A DNA stretch of 64,000 nt from Octopus vulgaris (lineage: Eukaryota), in assembly GCA_951406725.2 (NCBI GenBank), contig OX597825.1:10602001-10666000 (forward strand), given 5' to 3'. Below are positions 29,862-43,188 of the stretch, in pieces. The notes below the pieces were generated by a model. That model was not told where the DNA came from and did not search any database. It saw only the letters and a list, made by a program, of their open reading frames with translations. How positions within the stretch are numbered: the first letter of the stretch is position 1; each line of letters opens with the position of its first letter. The translations under genes and the position numbers were made by a program.

Positions 29862-30235
29862 TGTGTGTGTGTTTATTGATGTTTAGTTTTATATTCTGTT
29901 GTTATAAAAACAATTTTACTTTTATCTGATGGGTTACGCTATACTTTTATAGAGTACAAATTTATTATTCTGATACAAGAATGCTGTTGAGAGTGACTTC
30001 GGAGTTTCGGCCAGCTAGGCCGTGTCCGACGATGGCTTAGCTGACCGAAACTTCGAAGTTGCTTTCAACCTGTCGACAACATTCTTGTATTAGGAGTATA
30101 TACATATATATGTATATATGTATTCATACAACAATATATATATATATATTCATACAACCAACATGCGTTTTTTCCTGATTCTCTTTTTCGTCTCTTTCTA
30201 TTCCTTCTTTTCCAAAATTTTCCTGGACTTTCCTC

Positions 30236-30274
30236 GAGCATCTGATAAAGGACTATGTCCGAAACGTTATGTTT
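30236..30274 (+). ncRNA. Minimal hammerhead-like fold (G8A variant, probably inactive)
   Basis: GAGCAT-CTGATAA-A-GGAC(tat)GTCC-GAAAC-GTT-ATGTTT. Stem I pairs with two G-U wobbles. Confidence 0.5.
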
Positions 30275-30405
30275 TCCCCCTATAACTTTTATTCTGACAT
30301 ATTTTTCCTTCTTTCAGCATCAACCTACTATTAACTGTGATCCTAAGAATTTTGCAGTTTTTATTATTTGTATTTACTGTATTGTATGAATACATACATA
30401 CATAA

Positions 30406-30475
<70 letters not shown>

Positions 30476-30680
30476 GTATGTGAGTGCTGCATGCGTGTGT
30501 GTGTGTGTGTGTGTGTAACTAGCAGTTTCAAATCCGGATAAGAATAACTCTGAGCCGTTATCAAATCACATCGTTCATCTTTTGTGATAGGAATCAAAAC
30601 ATCTTGACAGCTATTTTGACATCTGTTATGAGAGACGAACGTTGCGTTGACGATGTGTTCTTGCAGAAATTTGTGGTTGC

Positions 30681-31244
30681 ATGGTAAGTAGCTTGCTTCC
30701 CTACCACATGGTTCCGGGTTCAGTCCCACTGCTTGGAACCTTGGACAAGTGTCGTCTGCTATAGCTTCGGGTCGACCAAAGTTTTGTGAGTGGATTTGGT
30801 AGACGGAAACTGAAAGAAGCCCGTCGTATTTATACATATACATGTATATATTTGTGTGTGTGTGTGTGTCTTTGTGTGTATAGTTATCCCTCCTCCCACC
30901 TCACCATTGCTTAACAACCAATGTTGGTGTGTTTACGTCCCAGTAACTTAGCGGTTCGGCAAAAGACCCAATAGAATAAGTACTCGGCGTACAAAGTCCT
31001 GAGTTCGATTTCTTCGACTAAAAAACCTTTAAGGCGGTACTACAGCATGGGTGCAGCCAAATGACTAAAACAAGTAAAACAATTAAAGAATTAAAGAAAA
31101 CCCAAGGATCGAATTAAAGCTTGGCGGTTCGGCAGAAGGGAGCGATAAAATAAGTACCAGGCTTTAAAAAGGTTGATTTGTTTGACTAAACCTGTCAAGG
31201 CGATGCCCCAGCATGACCGTAGTCCAACGAATGACAACAAGTAA

Positions 31245-31250
<6 letters not shown>
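30681..31250 (+). mobile_element. SINE family B plus a second 3' fragment
   Basis: Core and tail motifs. The tail segment is repeated at ~31123-31250. Confidence 0.75.
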
Positions 31251-31319
<69 letters not shown>

Positions 31320-31693
31320 TGCTTTGTGAACCCTGCATTTATGAATTACGAGTTTTTGTCATGGCCACAACATAACAGCATCCATGCTAGAATCGGAACC
31401 TGCGGCATCTCGGCTGTTATTCTGCTATTTATTATAGTGGCTGGACTTTCTACACCCACTCACCATAGAGATATTGCCTCTGCAGTGATATCACAAATAA
31501 CTAATGTCTACGGCAAGAGTTAATCATATCTCGGCATAATTTATTGATATGTTTAACCCGATAACAGACCATGATTCTTTCTTTATTCTACTTCTTCCAA
31601 TTATAGAAATTCCCTCTCTCACACACATATATATACGTACACGTATATATACATATATTCATATATGTATATATATATATATATATATATGTA

Positions 31694-31734
<41 letters not shown>

Positions 31735-31744
31735 ATATTGATAT

Positions 31745-31786
<42 letters not shown>

Positions 31787-31824
31787 ATATCAATATCAAT
31801 ATATATTATATATATATATATATG

Positions 31825-31875
<51 letters not shown>

Positions 31876-31879
31876 CAAT

Positions 31880-32033
<154 letters not shown>

Positions 32034-32288
32034 TGTAAGTATGTATGTGCTGTGGCTGCTTCGAAGCGCGATGTGGCGTTCGTGCAACGCCAGACAAGTA
32101 ATCAACACGAATAGACTTGTTTGGTGTCAGAGGAGCTTATTTATCACTGCGTCTGTCTCAAGAAAATGATCATAATAATATTCGAATGGTAATAATAATG
32201 ATGATGATATAACAATGTAAACGGGAACTCTCTATTCTTAAATGACTAATTGCATACGTGCATACATCGTACATAAATACATATATAC

Positions 32289-32328
<40 letters not shown>

Positions 32329-32396
32329 ATTTTTTGCGTAATGAGATAATAAAAAAACCAAGGCTGTGTAGATATTAGAGCATTTATAGATAGAAG

Positions 32397-32448
32397 GTCT
32401 TACAGCTGTTTCCAGGATATTTATTAATTATATCCTTTCATCGGAGAC
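32397..32448 (-). ncRNA. Minimal type I hammerhead fold
   Basis: Minus strand reads GTCT-CCGATGA-A-AGGATAT(aattaataa)ATATCCT-G-GAAAC-AGCT-GTA-AGAC, with a palindromic stem III (ACAGCTGT). It lies ~70 bp from a (TA)n tract. Confidence 0.65.
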
Positions 32449-33535
32449 GGTGTGAGAGGATGGTTAAGTAATAATTAATTTTGATAGGATACAAAATAGA
32501 GAGTGAGGTGGAGGAAAGAAAATAGATGTGAGATATGTAGGGATATTGAATTTGTAGATCCATTTTTTTAGACAGAATGGTATATATGTAAGAGAAAAAT
32601 ATACCTTATGAGAAAAAATCCAACAGTATATAAAATACATACATACATACATATATGATATAAATATATATATATATAGTTTATAATACATATGTATGTA
32701 TATGTATATGCATGAGTGTATGTATGAATGTATGTGCGTGTTTGTGTGTTCGTGTGTGTATAAAGAGATACACATATACGTACGTAAATACACGTACGTA
32801 TATACACGTGTTAGTATTTCGTTAATATAGAGCTTATCGTTGAATTGTTCCTGAGGGACTGAACATGAAAATTATTTCAAACTATTTGGAAAGAGATAAA
32901 GATGAGAGAGAGGAAGAAGGAGAAACTGAGAGAGCTATTATATATACTTATTGAGAGAGAGAGGGGGGAGTTCATATAACAGTAGAATTGAAGAAAAAGT
33001 TTGAGTGTCAGACAGAATAGTAAACTTTCAGTTAAGTTGTGGGGCTAACGTACTAATGTAGTGAGCAAAAGAAGTGTTATGAATTAATATTATAGCCATA
33101 ATGAGAAGGATTGTCATAAGCGTTAATGATTATTTTTGACCAGAAAGGCAAGGGAGACAATTCTGATATTCAAATTGTTCGATCTCCTACATTTTAACTC
33201 CTAAAAGGACTTTGATGTTTACCTTCCAACATTGTGTCGATTAAATAATTACTAGTTTAGTAATTGGTCAGATTTAACCTAGTTTTTTTTTAACAATTTT
33301 AGAAATAAATATTATTATTTCTAATGTTCAGAATTCGCGGCATTTACAATGAAACCCGTATATTAACAATAGACCAGCGTTGACTCAATTTTAATCTCCT
33401 TTGTGTAGTGGCGCTGGATTGCTTCAAGTCCGCCACCAGCAGCCAAAACTTGATTCTAAAACCACATCAAATGTGGTTTTAGAGTCAAGTTTTGGCTACT
33501 ATTTCCAGCGTGGAGGTATCTCTTAGATACCCTAA

Positions 33536-33599
<64 letters not shown>

Positions 33600-33860
33600 T
33601 TGTTGTTGAATGTTGACATTATTTTACTCTCGAACTATTTAGTTACACCTTGGTAACCTTGTTATACGAGTATATATATCCAATATTCATCTGTCAACTT
33701 TTTATATCTGTACATAAATAGACTAAAAAAAAATATCACCTTCATTACTTTGTTAATTTTTTTAAAAATATTATTATTAATATACTATTCTCTTCACTAC
33801 TACACTTCCAAGAACTGTATGTGTGTGTGTATGAACGCGCGTGTGTGTGTGTATACATAC

Positions 33861-33893
<33 letters not shown>

Positions 33894-33933
33894 CGCATGT
33901 ATATATGTGTGTTTATATATCTATACATATATG

Positions 33934-33968
<35 letters not shown>

Positions 33969-34393
33969 GTATGTCTGTATGTATGTAGATATGTATGACT
34001 GTATGTATGCATGTATGTATGCATGTATGTATGTGTGTATGTATGTAAGCATGTATGTATGCTTTAATGTGTGTATATCTGCATGTTTTGTTTGTGATGT
34101 ATATCTATTTCAAATTCCTTCCGTCTTCTCTTTTTTGGTGTCATCGTCTTTCCTTGCCTTTCGTTAGTAACTCGTTATTCATTGTTCAATTTCATTTGAT
34201 ATCATATACATAGGTGTGGTGGGGGGAGGCCTGTGTACGCATGCGTATACATGTGCTTATAAAATGACTTTTATATTTTACCCGCAAAAAGATGGGTGGC
34301 AAGTGACGTATTACTTTATGTCACGAAACTGTCAACATGCATCAGATAATTGATTCTCCATAAATAAATATGTAAATATATATGTATGTGTGC

Positions 34394-34434
<41 letters not shown>

Positions 34435-34455
34435 CATACATACATACATATATAC

Positions 34456-34522
<67 letters not shown>

Positions 34523-34788
34523 CATACATACATATATGCATATATATATATATATATATATATGAGAAATATTGAATTTCTAAATCTCTCGTAGAGACAT
34601 GTACGGTGGTGGGGCGATAGAATGGTTGTATACTGTCAATCTAACAAGAACGTGACAGTAGTGGGTACACCACCGCTGTATAGCCTAGGAAGCATCGAAC
34701 GCCTCCTGATAGCTTTGACACATTTTTCCCTGTGTCCTTATATAGATATACGAAGGGGAGACAAACACCCCCGGCTGCCGGAACTGCA

Positions 34789-34834
34789 TCTAGGGACACC
34801 GTGTTTCAGAATCGTTGTCCTTCATCGGCCTAGA
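34789..34834 (-). ncRNA. Type I hammerhead ribozyme fold, mirror copy of 35022-35067
   Basis: Minus strand reads TCTAGG-CCGATGA-AGGA(caacga)TTCT-GAAAC-ACGGT-GTC-CCTAGA. Stem I is fully Watson-Crick; stem II has one G-U pair. Confidence 0.75.
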
Positions 34835-35021
34835 GTAGCAGACACCGGTCAGCTGGTGATATTTGCATCGACTTCGTAATTGTATATATCTATATTCAGT
34901 GAAGTTTATTTAGAAATTCAATATTTCTTATTTTGATAATCAGTGAATAAACTTCAATGAATATATATATATACAATTACGAAGTCGATGCAAATATCAC
35001 CAGCTGACCGGTGTCTGCTAC

Positions 35022-35067
35022 TCTAGGCCGATGAAGGACAACGATCCTGAAACACGGTGTCTCTAGA
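35022..35067 (+). ncRNA. Type I hammerhead ribozyme fold (U4C core variant, GUC cleavage triplet)
   Basis: TCTAGG-CCGATGA-AGGA(caacga)TCCT-GAAAC-ACGGT-GTC-TCTAGA. Stems I, II and III all pair. Predicted cut is after 35061. Confidence 0.75.
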
Positions 35068-35233
35068 TGCAGTTCCGGCAGCCGGGGGTGTTTGTCTCAC
35101 CTTCGTATATGTATATAAGGACACAGGGAAAAAATGTGTCAAAGCTATCAGGAGGCGTTCGATGCTTCCTAGGGCTATACAGCGGTGGTGTACCCCCTAC
35201 TGTCACGTTCTTGTTAGATTGACAGTATACAAC

Positions 35234-35283
<50 letters not shown>

Positions 35284-36662
35284 CAGAAGTAACAGAGTAA
35301 CTAACTCAAGGTCCAAAAGTTTCGTGTGTTAGCGCTTACCAAATTAGTGCCAATGCACTTGAGTCACTCTTTTACTTCTACTAAATATAAATAAAACCAT
35401 AATTATAGGCTGACATGCTCCATTCTGAAACCCACAGACGTACCATCTCCTGTAGATACTTCCAAACTCTACTACAACGGCCCCACTCTGCTTTTCCGAA
35501 TTTTTCTAATCTTGAGCATCATTCACATAAAGACTCCTGATTCACTTGTCGCTCCTCTTCCTCTTCCGCCTCCTGCACCCCTCATTATCCTCTTCCTAAG
35601 ATCCAACCCAGACCACTACCTTCCGGAACGTAACGGGCCCTCTCTAATTACCTCCCTTGCGCGTGTTTCTCCTGCGTTCGTCGAATGTTAATGTTTGAAA
35701 AGATTAATGTCGTTGGCAGAAACACACAGCAGGAAATTGAGGACCAGCAAAGTTGATAACGAACAACATTTATACATCTACATTTATAACACAAACAATA
35801 AGAACAATAACTGCTAGGACTAAAAATACTAGCTGTACCACCACCACTACCACCACCATTACTGTAACGATAAGGATTTCTTCGAAACAAGGACCAGACA
35901 TTTAGAGGAAAGGTTATAATTGATTAAATGGAAATGAATATATAATATTTGTTTGAATATAATTATATCGATTGTGGAATGATGGGAAATCTGAACGTAA
36001 AGGGGCGGAAGTCAAAAGGTTAAGGCAAACCATAATCCTTACTACATCTGTGATGTTTTCTTATAATTCTTTTTACAACAATAATAATTTCTATCATAGG
36101 AACAAAGCTGCTCATATTCAAAAGTAGTAATTTTTGACTCCGACGGGATTTGAATTTAGAATTTAAGGAGACGTTATTAAATATCATAAGATATTAAATA
36201 TCATAAGAGATATCATTCCAGTTGTAGAATGACAAAATGCTTCACAGTACGGACGCTTGAAGAAGGCATCTCAAAGATTTTTTTTGAAATGGAAAATCCT
36301 TCAAGCAACCAAAACTTGAAGGAAAGTACATTGTAAGAAACTCTGAGTTGCATAAAAAAGTAGAGAGTAAGCCTGATACAGCCATACAAGAGAGTATGAT
36401 CGTTCAATGAATATCTATGACCCCCGTAGGTACTCGGGTTTGATGAGCAACAACAACAACAACTGTAACAAACAACAAACAAAAACAGCAGCAACAAGCG
36501 CTTGTATCATTCATTTTCACAGGAAGAAGAGGAAGAAGTGGAGGAGGGAGGAGGAGGAGGAGGAGAAGAAGAAGAAGAAGAAGAAGAAGAAGAAGAAGAA
36601 GAGCAGGAGGAGGAGGAAAAGAAAGAAGAACAAGAGCTTAGAGGCCTGAAGAAAAGACGATA

Positions 36663-36730
<68 letters not shown>

Positions 36731-36877
36731 AGAAGAAGAAGAAGAAGAAGAAGAAGGACAGATGATAATGAGAAAGAAGGGGTTAGTGTTGTTTTTAAGG
36801 AAAACCTTGTCATCCCGTCTTTTCTTACATTATTATCATTATCATTATTATTATTATCATCATTATTATTATTATCA

Positions 36878-36941
<64 letters not shown>

Positions 36942-37958
36942 CATCATTACAGTTGTTATTGCAGATCAAAATTGGTAACTTGTTAAGCTCTCAGGTATAG
37001 ACTCGCTGTCTATACTGAACGACGTGGGTTTGGTGGGGGAAATAGGATTCCAGCATGAAAAGTACACCAAAGTAGAACTGATACCACCATGCAGAAACTA
37101 AGGTCATTGAATTTATGTTAATCCGAGTTTCTCTGCTTCATTAGATATTCTGTGAAACGTAAAAATACTCACTGTAATCCTGAAGATCACTCATCTAAAC
37201 TAGATTAGATTTGCGGCTTTCAACTTGATTATCTCCCTTCCTTTCTACCTCTCTACATTTCTATCTTTCTCTCCTTCTTGCTGTCTTTCTATATAGACTT
37301 CATTTTCTTCCTCTCTTCCTTTCTTTCTTCTTTCATTTTTTTTCTTTTTTGCCTGTCTTTCTTTTCTTTGAATTTTTCTTTCTTCTTCTTTCTTGGTTTT
37401 TCTTCCGTTCTTCTTTGTCTTTTTTTCTTTCTTCTTCTTTCGACAAACAAGCAAACAAACAAACAAGGAAAGCGTAAACGAACAAATGTTGATGGGGGGG
37501 GGGAGAGAAAACGGGATAAAAAAAGGGTGAGTCAAGGACGAAAATACATCAAAAGAAAGAAAAGAAAAAGAAGTATTTAAAAAAAGAAGAAGAAAAGCAA
37601 AGATGATGACAAGAAAGAGAAAGATGGCAGAAAAAGACAGAAAGAATATATAGAAGAAAAGGGAAAGAAAACGAGAGAGAAAATAATAGAAGACAAACAG
37701 AGAGAGAAGGAAAAGGAACTAGAGGAAGGGGAGGAGGGGCAAGAAGAGGCGGACGACGAAGAGGAAGAGGAGGATGACGATGATAGAATGGAAGTTGGAA
37801 AATAAGAGCGATTACAAGGTTACAAGTTTAATTACAATTCTAAGACATCAAAAGAAGAACACCTGTGGTCGAAGAATTCAAACGGATCACATCTAAATTG
37901 CTTATTTGTTTTCTGTTCCTTTTTTTGTTGTTTTTGTTTTGCTATTTTTATCTTTTGT

Positions 37959-37989
<31 letters not shown>

Positions 37990-38307
37990 GAACTTGTTTC
38001 CGTGGAACAAATAAAATTACAACGGATTATGAAAGTCAAGCGAATAGAACACTCGTCAGTTATGCAGTGCTCTCATCACATCAACGGGTGTAGATGCGGA
38101 GAGGTAATGAAGAGTTGCTCTCAGCCCCCCCCCCCCCCCCGATAATTTGATTTCAACAAGATCAGGCATTTGAAACACAAACAATTCACAAATTGAGAAT
38201 ACGCTAGTTTCTCGTAAGAAAGACGAAATTACGGAGCCCTTCACACACCAATGAAACTACTCCTTACTAATTCGATTTCAACAATATTTACTGGGCCTTT
38301 AAAATGT

Positions 38308-38610
38308 GGAAGCACTCCGTCGGTCACGACGACGAGGGTTCCGGTTGATCCGATCAACGGAACAGCCTGCTCGTGAAATTAACGTGTAAGTGGCTGAGCA
38401 CTCCACAGACACGTGCACTCTTAACGTAATTCTCGGGGATATTCAGCGTGACACAGAGACTGACAAGGCTGGCCCTTTGAAATACTGGTACAACAGAAAC
38501 AGGAAGTAAGAGTGAGAGAAAGTTGTGGTGAAAGAGTACAGCAGGGATCACCACCATCCCCTGCCGGAGCCTCGTGGAGCTTTATGGCGTTTTCGCTCAA
38601 TAAACACTCA
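38308..38610 (-). mobile_element. SINE family C lacking its head
   Basis: Near-identical to 17803-18105. Confidence 0.85.
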
Positions 38611-40370
38611 CGAGGGACATATTCATACGGCACATAATGTTTTCACCTCAATAGACGTCATTGATTGGTTGAAATTGCAGAAATTGAAGAAAAAAAAACA
38701 ACAAATATCTTACAAGCTATAGAATTTTCTCAATAAAGCCAAGAGAAAAAGATATTTTATAAACACATTCTGCCAGTATACGAAGTTTAAAAGTGTTTAG
38801 TTACGTGGAAATAATTTTTTAAAAACTGCCGGTCAAACCGAAAAGATCCCAACGTATGGGCGTCGGAGTTCGTGGCTTCAATCTTAGTAGACTTGTACAT
38901 CTCAGTAGGACATACAGCGGTCTAGCATTACTTCTGGTTTGATGTACAAGAAGGAAGGAATCTAACATCATAAACCAATGAAGCACTCATCAATTTTATA
39001 ATGTTATTGCTGTTTGCATAATAAATTAGCATGCCGTATCTATTTGTGATTATTCCGTTCAAAGTAATTTATGTTGGCATGTACCCAGTACAGCAGCAAA
39101 TTACAGCTTATAAATAAGACGAAACTCCGGTTGGTGCCGTATCAATTCAGCTATCCAACTCTCGTTAATATGAATTAGGTTCTTTAAATCAATATGCTAC
39201 ACTTGTCTTAAAGTTTTCGACAACAAAATATAATTAAATTAGGTTCTCTTTATGTCTTTGTTTTTGCTTTTTGTTTTTACCGTAGAATTAAAAGGCAATA
39301 GACACATTTAGTTAAGCAAAGAGAAAGTTTGTGTATGAGAACGAAAAATAACGTGATTCTCCAATCGCCTTCCAAAGGCTATTAAATGATATCACTGATA
39401 TGTAATGTTTATACAGCAGGCCTTTGGTTAACAAGGTTAATTTTGATATTAAATTTTGTGAACTAACCGGATGTGATGTCATTACATTCGGTGTGACGTA
39501 AAGAAATGGTGGTTTCGTGATCTAATTCAGTTGAATTCAAATCAAATCACGAAAGAAAGATTCGGATTAAGCTTGGACTGGGAATCGAAATCATCATTAA
39601 AACTCGATGATTTCTGATGCGCGAGTCGTTGCTCAACCCTTGTTGCGCAGACATATATTCTTTTCTACTCTAGGTACAAGGCCCGAAATTTTGAGGGAGG
39701 GGGCCCAGTCGATTAGTATGCAACTGGTACTTAATTTATCGACCCCGAAAGGATGAAAGGCAAAGTCGCACTGGGGTCGATCTAATCGACTGACCCTCTC
39801 CCCCAAAATTTCGGGCCTTGTGTCTAAAGTAGAAAAGAATATATGTGTCTCGTAAGGCGGCGAGCTGGCAGAAGCGTTAGCACGCCGGGCGAAATGTTTA
39901 GTAGCATTTCGTCCGTCTTTACGTTCTAAGTTCGAATACTACCGAGGGGCGACTTTGCCTTTCATGATTAATAAAATAAATAAATAAATACCAGATGAGC
40001 ACTGAGATCGATGTAATCGAATTGCTCCATCTCACGAACTTGCTGGCCTTGTGCCAAAATTTAAAACTAAAAATGTTTCGTTTTAAATTTTTTCCATACT
40101 TAAAATACAAAAACTATGAATAAATAACATAGCAGGAATACAGAATATTTTATTGTTTTGCGGTTTATTTCGTTTTGCTCTTCTTCATTAATTCCGATTT
40201 TACGTATATTTAACCACATTAAACTGAAATAATAAACAAATGAATTGAATAATGAATAGACAAATCATTTTCTAAATTCATCGATTTAAAACTTTTATCT
40301 ATTCTACGAATCTTAATTCATAAATTTTAAAGCTTAAGTTATTCATTTAGTAACAAACTCAATTTGTTAA

Positions 40371-40545
40371 TTCTGTTGTGTCTGGGGAGAGTCATTTTCT
40401 TTTCGTGTCTTATAATGTAACACACTCACCGGTAAAATTTCCACTTATTTCTTATTTTTATTTTCCTAAAATTTTCGTGAGTGTGTTACATTATAAGGCA
40501 CAAAAAGAAAATGACTCTCCACAGACACAACAGAATATGCTTCAA
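40371..40545. repeat. Inverted repeat (59-bp arms, 57-bp spacer), possibly a Penelope-like terminus
   Basis: ttctgttgtgtctggggagagtcattttc...cacactcac / gtgagtgtg...gaaaatgactctccacagacacaacagaa. It is followed by ~900 bp of degraded coding-like sequence. Confidence 0.75.
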
Positions 40546-42569
40546 CACACGAACTCATATAAAGAATCTTGCAAACCAAATCCAAAAACGAAATCAATTT
40601 GTTAATTTTGCTGACAATTCTCATACACAATGTCTGCTTCGTGTTCGAGAAGAATCTCAGAAACATTTAGAACCATATGGAAGCAGTGATCAGAGAATAT
40701 TAACCAAGAATATGACATTAGTCAGAGATAAGGACATGCGTCACTCACCTGAACAGATCTTTTAAACATGGTGTTAACTATCAGAAATACAGTGGTGAGG
40801 ATTCAGTTGACAGCAACGCTGCTCTATAGAAATTCGAAATAACTTTCGGGGTGTGGGGAAGTTATTCGACATTCTCTTCGTCCCCTGACTCACAGAAACA
40901 TTATTGGTTTGGCTTTAAGGATAGACCTGTGCCCCCGACAATTATAGACCCCTAATCCCAAAGACGAGTAAGACAATGCAGTTGATGTCCTTCTTGGATA
41001 TCTGCCAGTTGACGGCTACAAGAAAACATTACATCATTACATTAATCCAGTACTGTATTTAATTGTTTCTACATGTAAAGCTCTCAGATAAGCCTTTGCT
41101 ATGTTGGCTTGCATCTAGATACACTAGGGGGGAGATAAAGTCTCTAGTGATGGCCCTAAGACCTGTGATTAGTCCCGTAACTGATTCACCTTGTGCTGTT
41201 GGTGAACCGATTAATACCTTTCCGTTATATTGGAATCCAAGTCAGGACTGCAATGGAGTATTTTATAACAGCAAATTAACAAATCAATCATCAAATTCAA
41301 ATGATTGGCGCTTTATACAACTCTTTCTAAAGTTTAAGATTTTCTTTTTAAGATCGGAACACATGGGAGAACGGAAAAACTTCAATATCTCCAGATTGTC
41401 AGCATGGCAACCCTAAATATGTCAGGGTGTGTTGTTTAGCCATCAACTAAATGGAGATACTTTATATCTGTAGTACTGGATATGCAGTACTACAACAATT
41501 AAATGCAGCCAATGAAAAACAATTAAATGCAGCCAAACGTTTTGTCCAGCACGGTAAAGTTTCTGCCAGACCGCCATTTTCAGTGGTTAAATAACAACGT
41601 TTTTAAAGCTTGTTATTGTTGACTGTTGTGAATGCACGTGGTTTCGTGGTTAAGCTGTTGGATTCTCGATCGTAAGATTATAAGTTCCATTCTGGAATTT
41701 TGTAAGGTTGTAGGTTCGATTCTGGACTTTAACTCTGTTGGAACGCTTCCAACAGAATTTAAGGCCCTCAGTGACTGGGTGGGATGGGGTTAAACTGGAC
41801 AACGGATTACATCTACCACCGAAGATGGCCGCGGTGGGATTTGAATTCAAGAAGGCAAATAACCGAAAGGTATCTTGTCCGTTGCTCTAATTATCCTACC
41901 AGTTCACCGTCCTCGACTGGTACTTTATTTACCCCAGAGGGAAAAAAAAAAGCAAAGTTGAACTCGGCAGGATTTGAACACAGGATGCAAGAAATCAGAG
42001 TGAATAACACAGAAGATATCTTTTGAAAAGTTTCTCTTTAACTACGATGTTGTTTTATTTTTATTTTTATTTTACGTTATTTACAAAATTCTAATTTATT
42101 TAAGTTTTGTTGTTTTGTTTTTCTTTTGAGGGAGGCTTCATATTTTTCCATCCACAATTAATTTTATTTTTTGTATTTTTAATTATTTATTTAGTTTAGC
42201 TTTTCTTTCTTTAGATAAGATTCCTTGAAGGAGAAGAAGCAAATTATAGAATAAATGTCGTTTTAAAAATTACTTAATTTCTTCCAAATCGAAATACAAA
42301 AGTGATTACGATAAACACAATGATAAATTTTAAAGTGCAAAATACAATTAGTCATTGAAAACCTTCCTTGCAGATACGAAGCAAAACGAAGCAGAATAAA
42401 TTTAGATTTCTAAATAATAAAGTGAGATAAGTAAGTGTTTGAAGAAAAATGGCAAACAAGGAAGAAGAACAAGAAGAAACAGAAGAGAAGAGGAAAAAAA
42501 GACAAAACCAAAATATTTCAAAATTTGAAATTTTCAATTATTCATGAAGAAGAATTTGTTTGTTTTTTT

Positions 42570-42645
<76 letters not shown>

Positions 42646-43041
42646 GTATGCATGTATGTATATATATCTATGTATGTATAGATATATATCTATGTATGTA
42701 TAGATATATATCTATGTATGTATGCATATGTATACGCTTGTTCTTCGACATTATTTAAAACTATCGTTGAATGGTGAAGCGCAATATGAATAGTGTGTGT
42801 GTATATATTTTATATGCTTACATATATATTATATATATATATTATATATATATATATATATACGTATATACATTATATATATTCTTGTTTATTCCTTTTG
42901 TAATTGCATGCATATATATCATATATATGGTTAAATATATATATATATATATGCTCATGTGTGTATATAAATATATATATATACATACATATCGTATATA
43001 TGTATATAAATACACAGATATACATTTATATATACTTACAT

Positions 43042-43101
<60 letters not shown>

Positions 43102-43143
43102 CGCTTCCACATTCAATAACAACACTCCAGCGTTGAAGCATAT

Positions 43144-43187
<44 letters not shown>

Positions 43188-43188
<1 letters not shown>

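Larger units (their letters stand above)
34617..35240. mobile_element. Long inverted repeat (~295-bp arms) carrying two hammerheads; Penelope-like pseudo-LTR or retrozyme-like insertion in (TA)n
   Basis: Arms ~34617-34910 and ~34946-35240 are near-perfect reverse complements, with (TA)n tracts just upstream and directly downstream. Confidence 0.7.

Noticed and set aside
31326-31523. Short hydrophobic ORF as a candidate GPCR TM1 exon
   Set aside because: No GN/TM2 LAxxD motifs, an in-frame stop, and no convincing splice donor.
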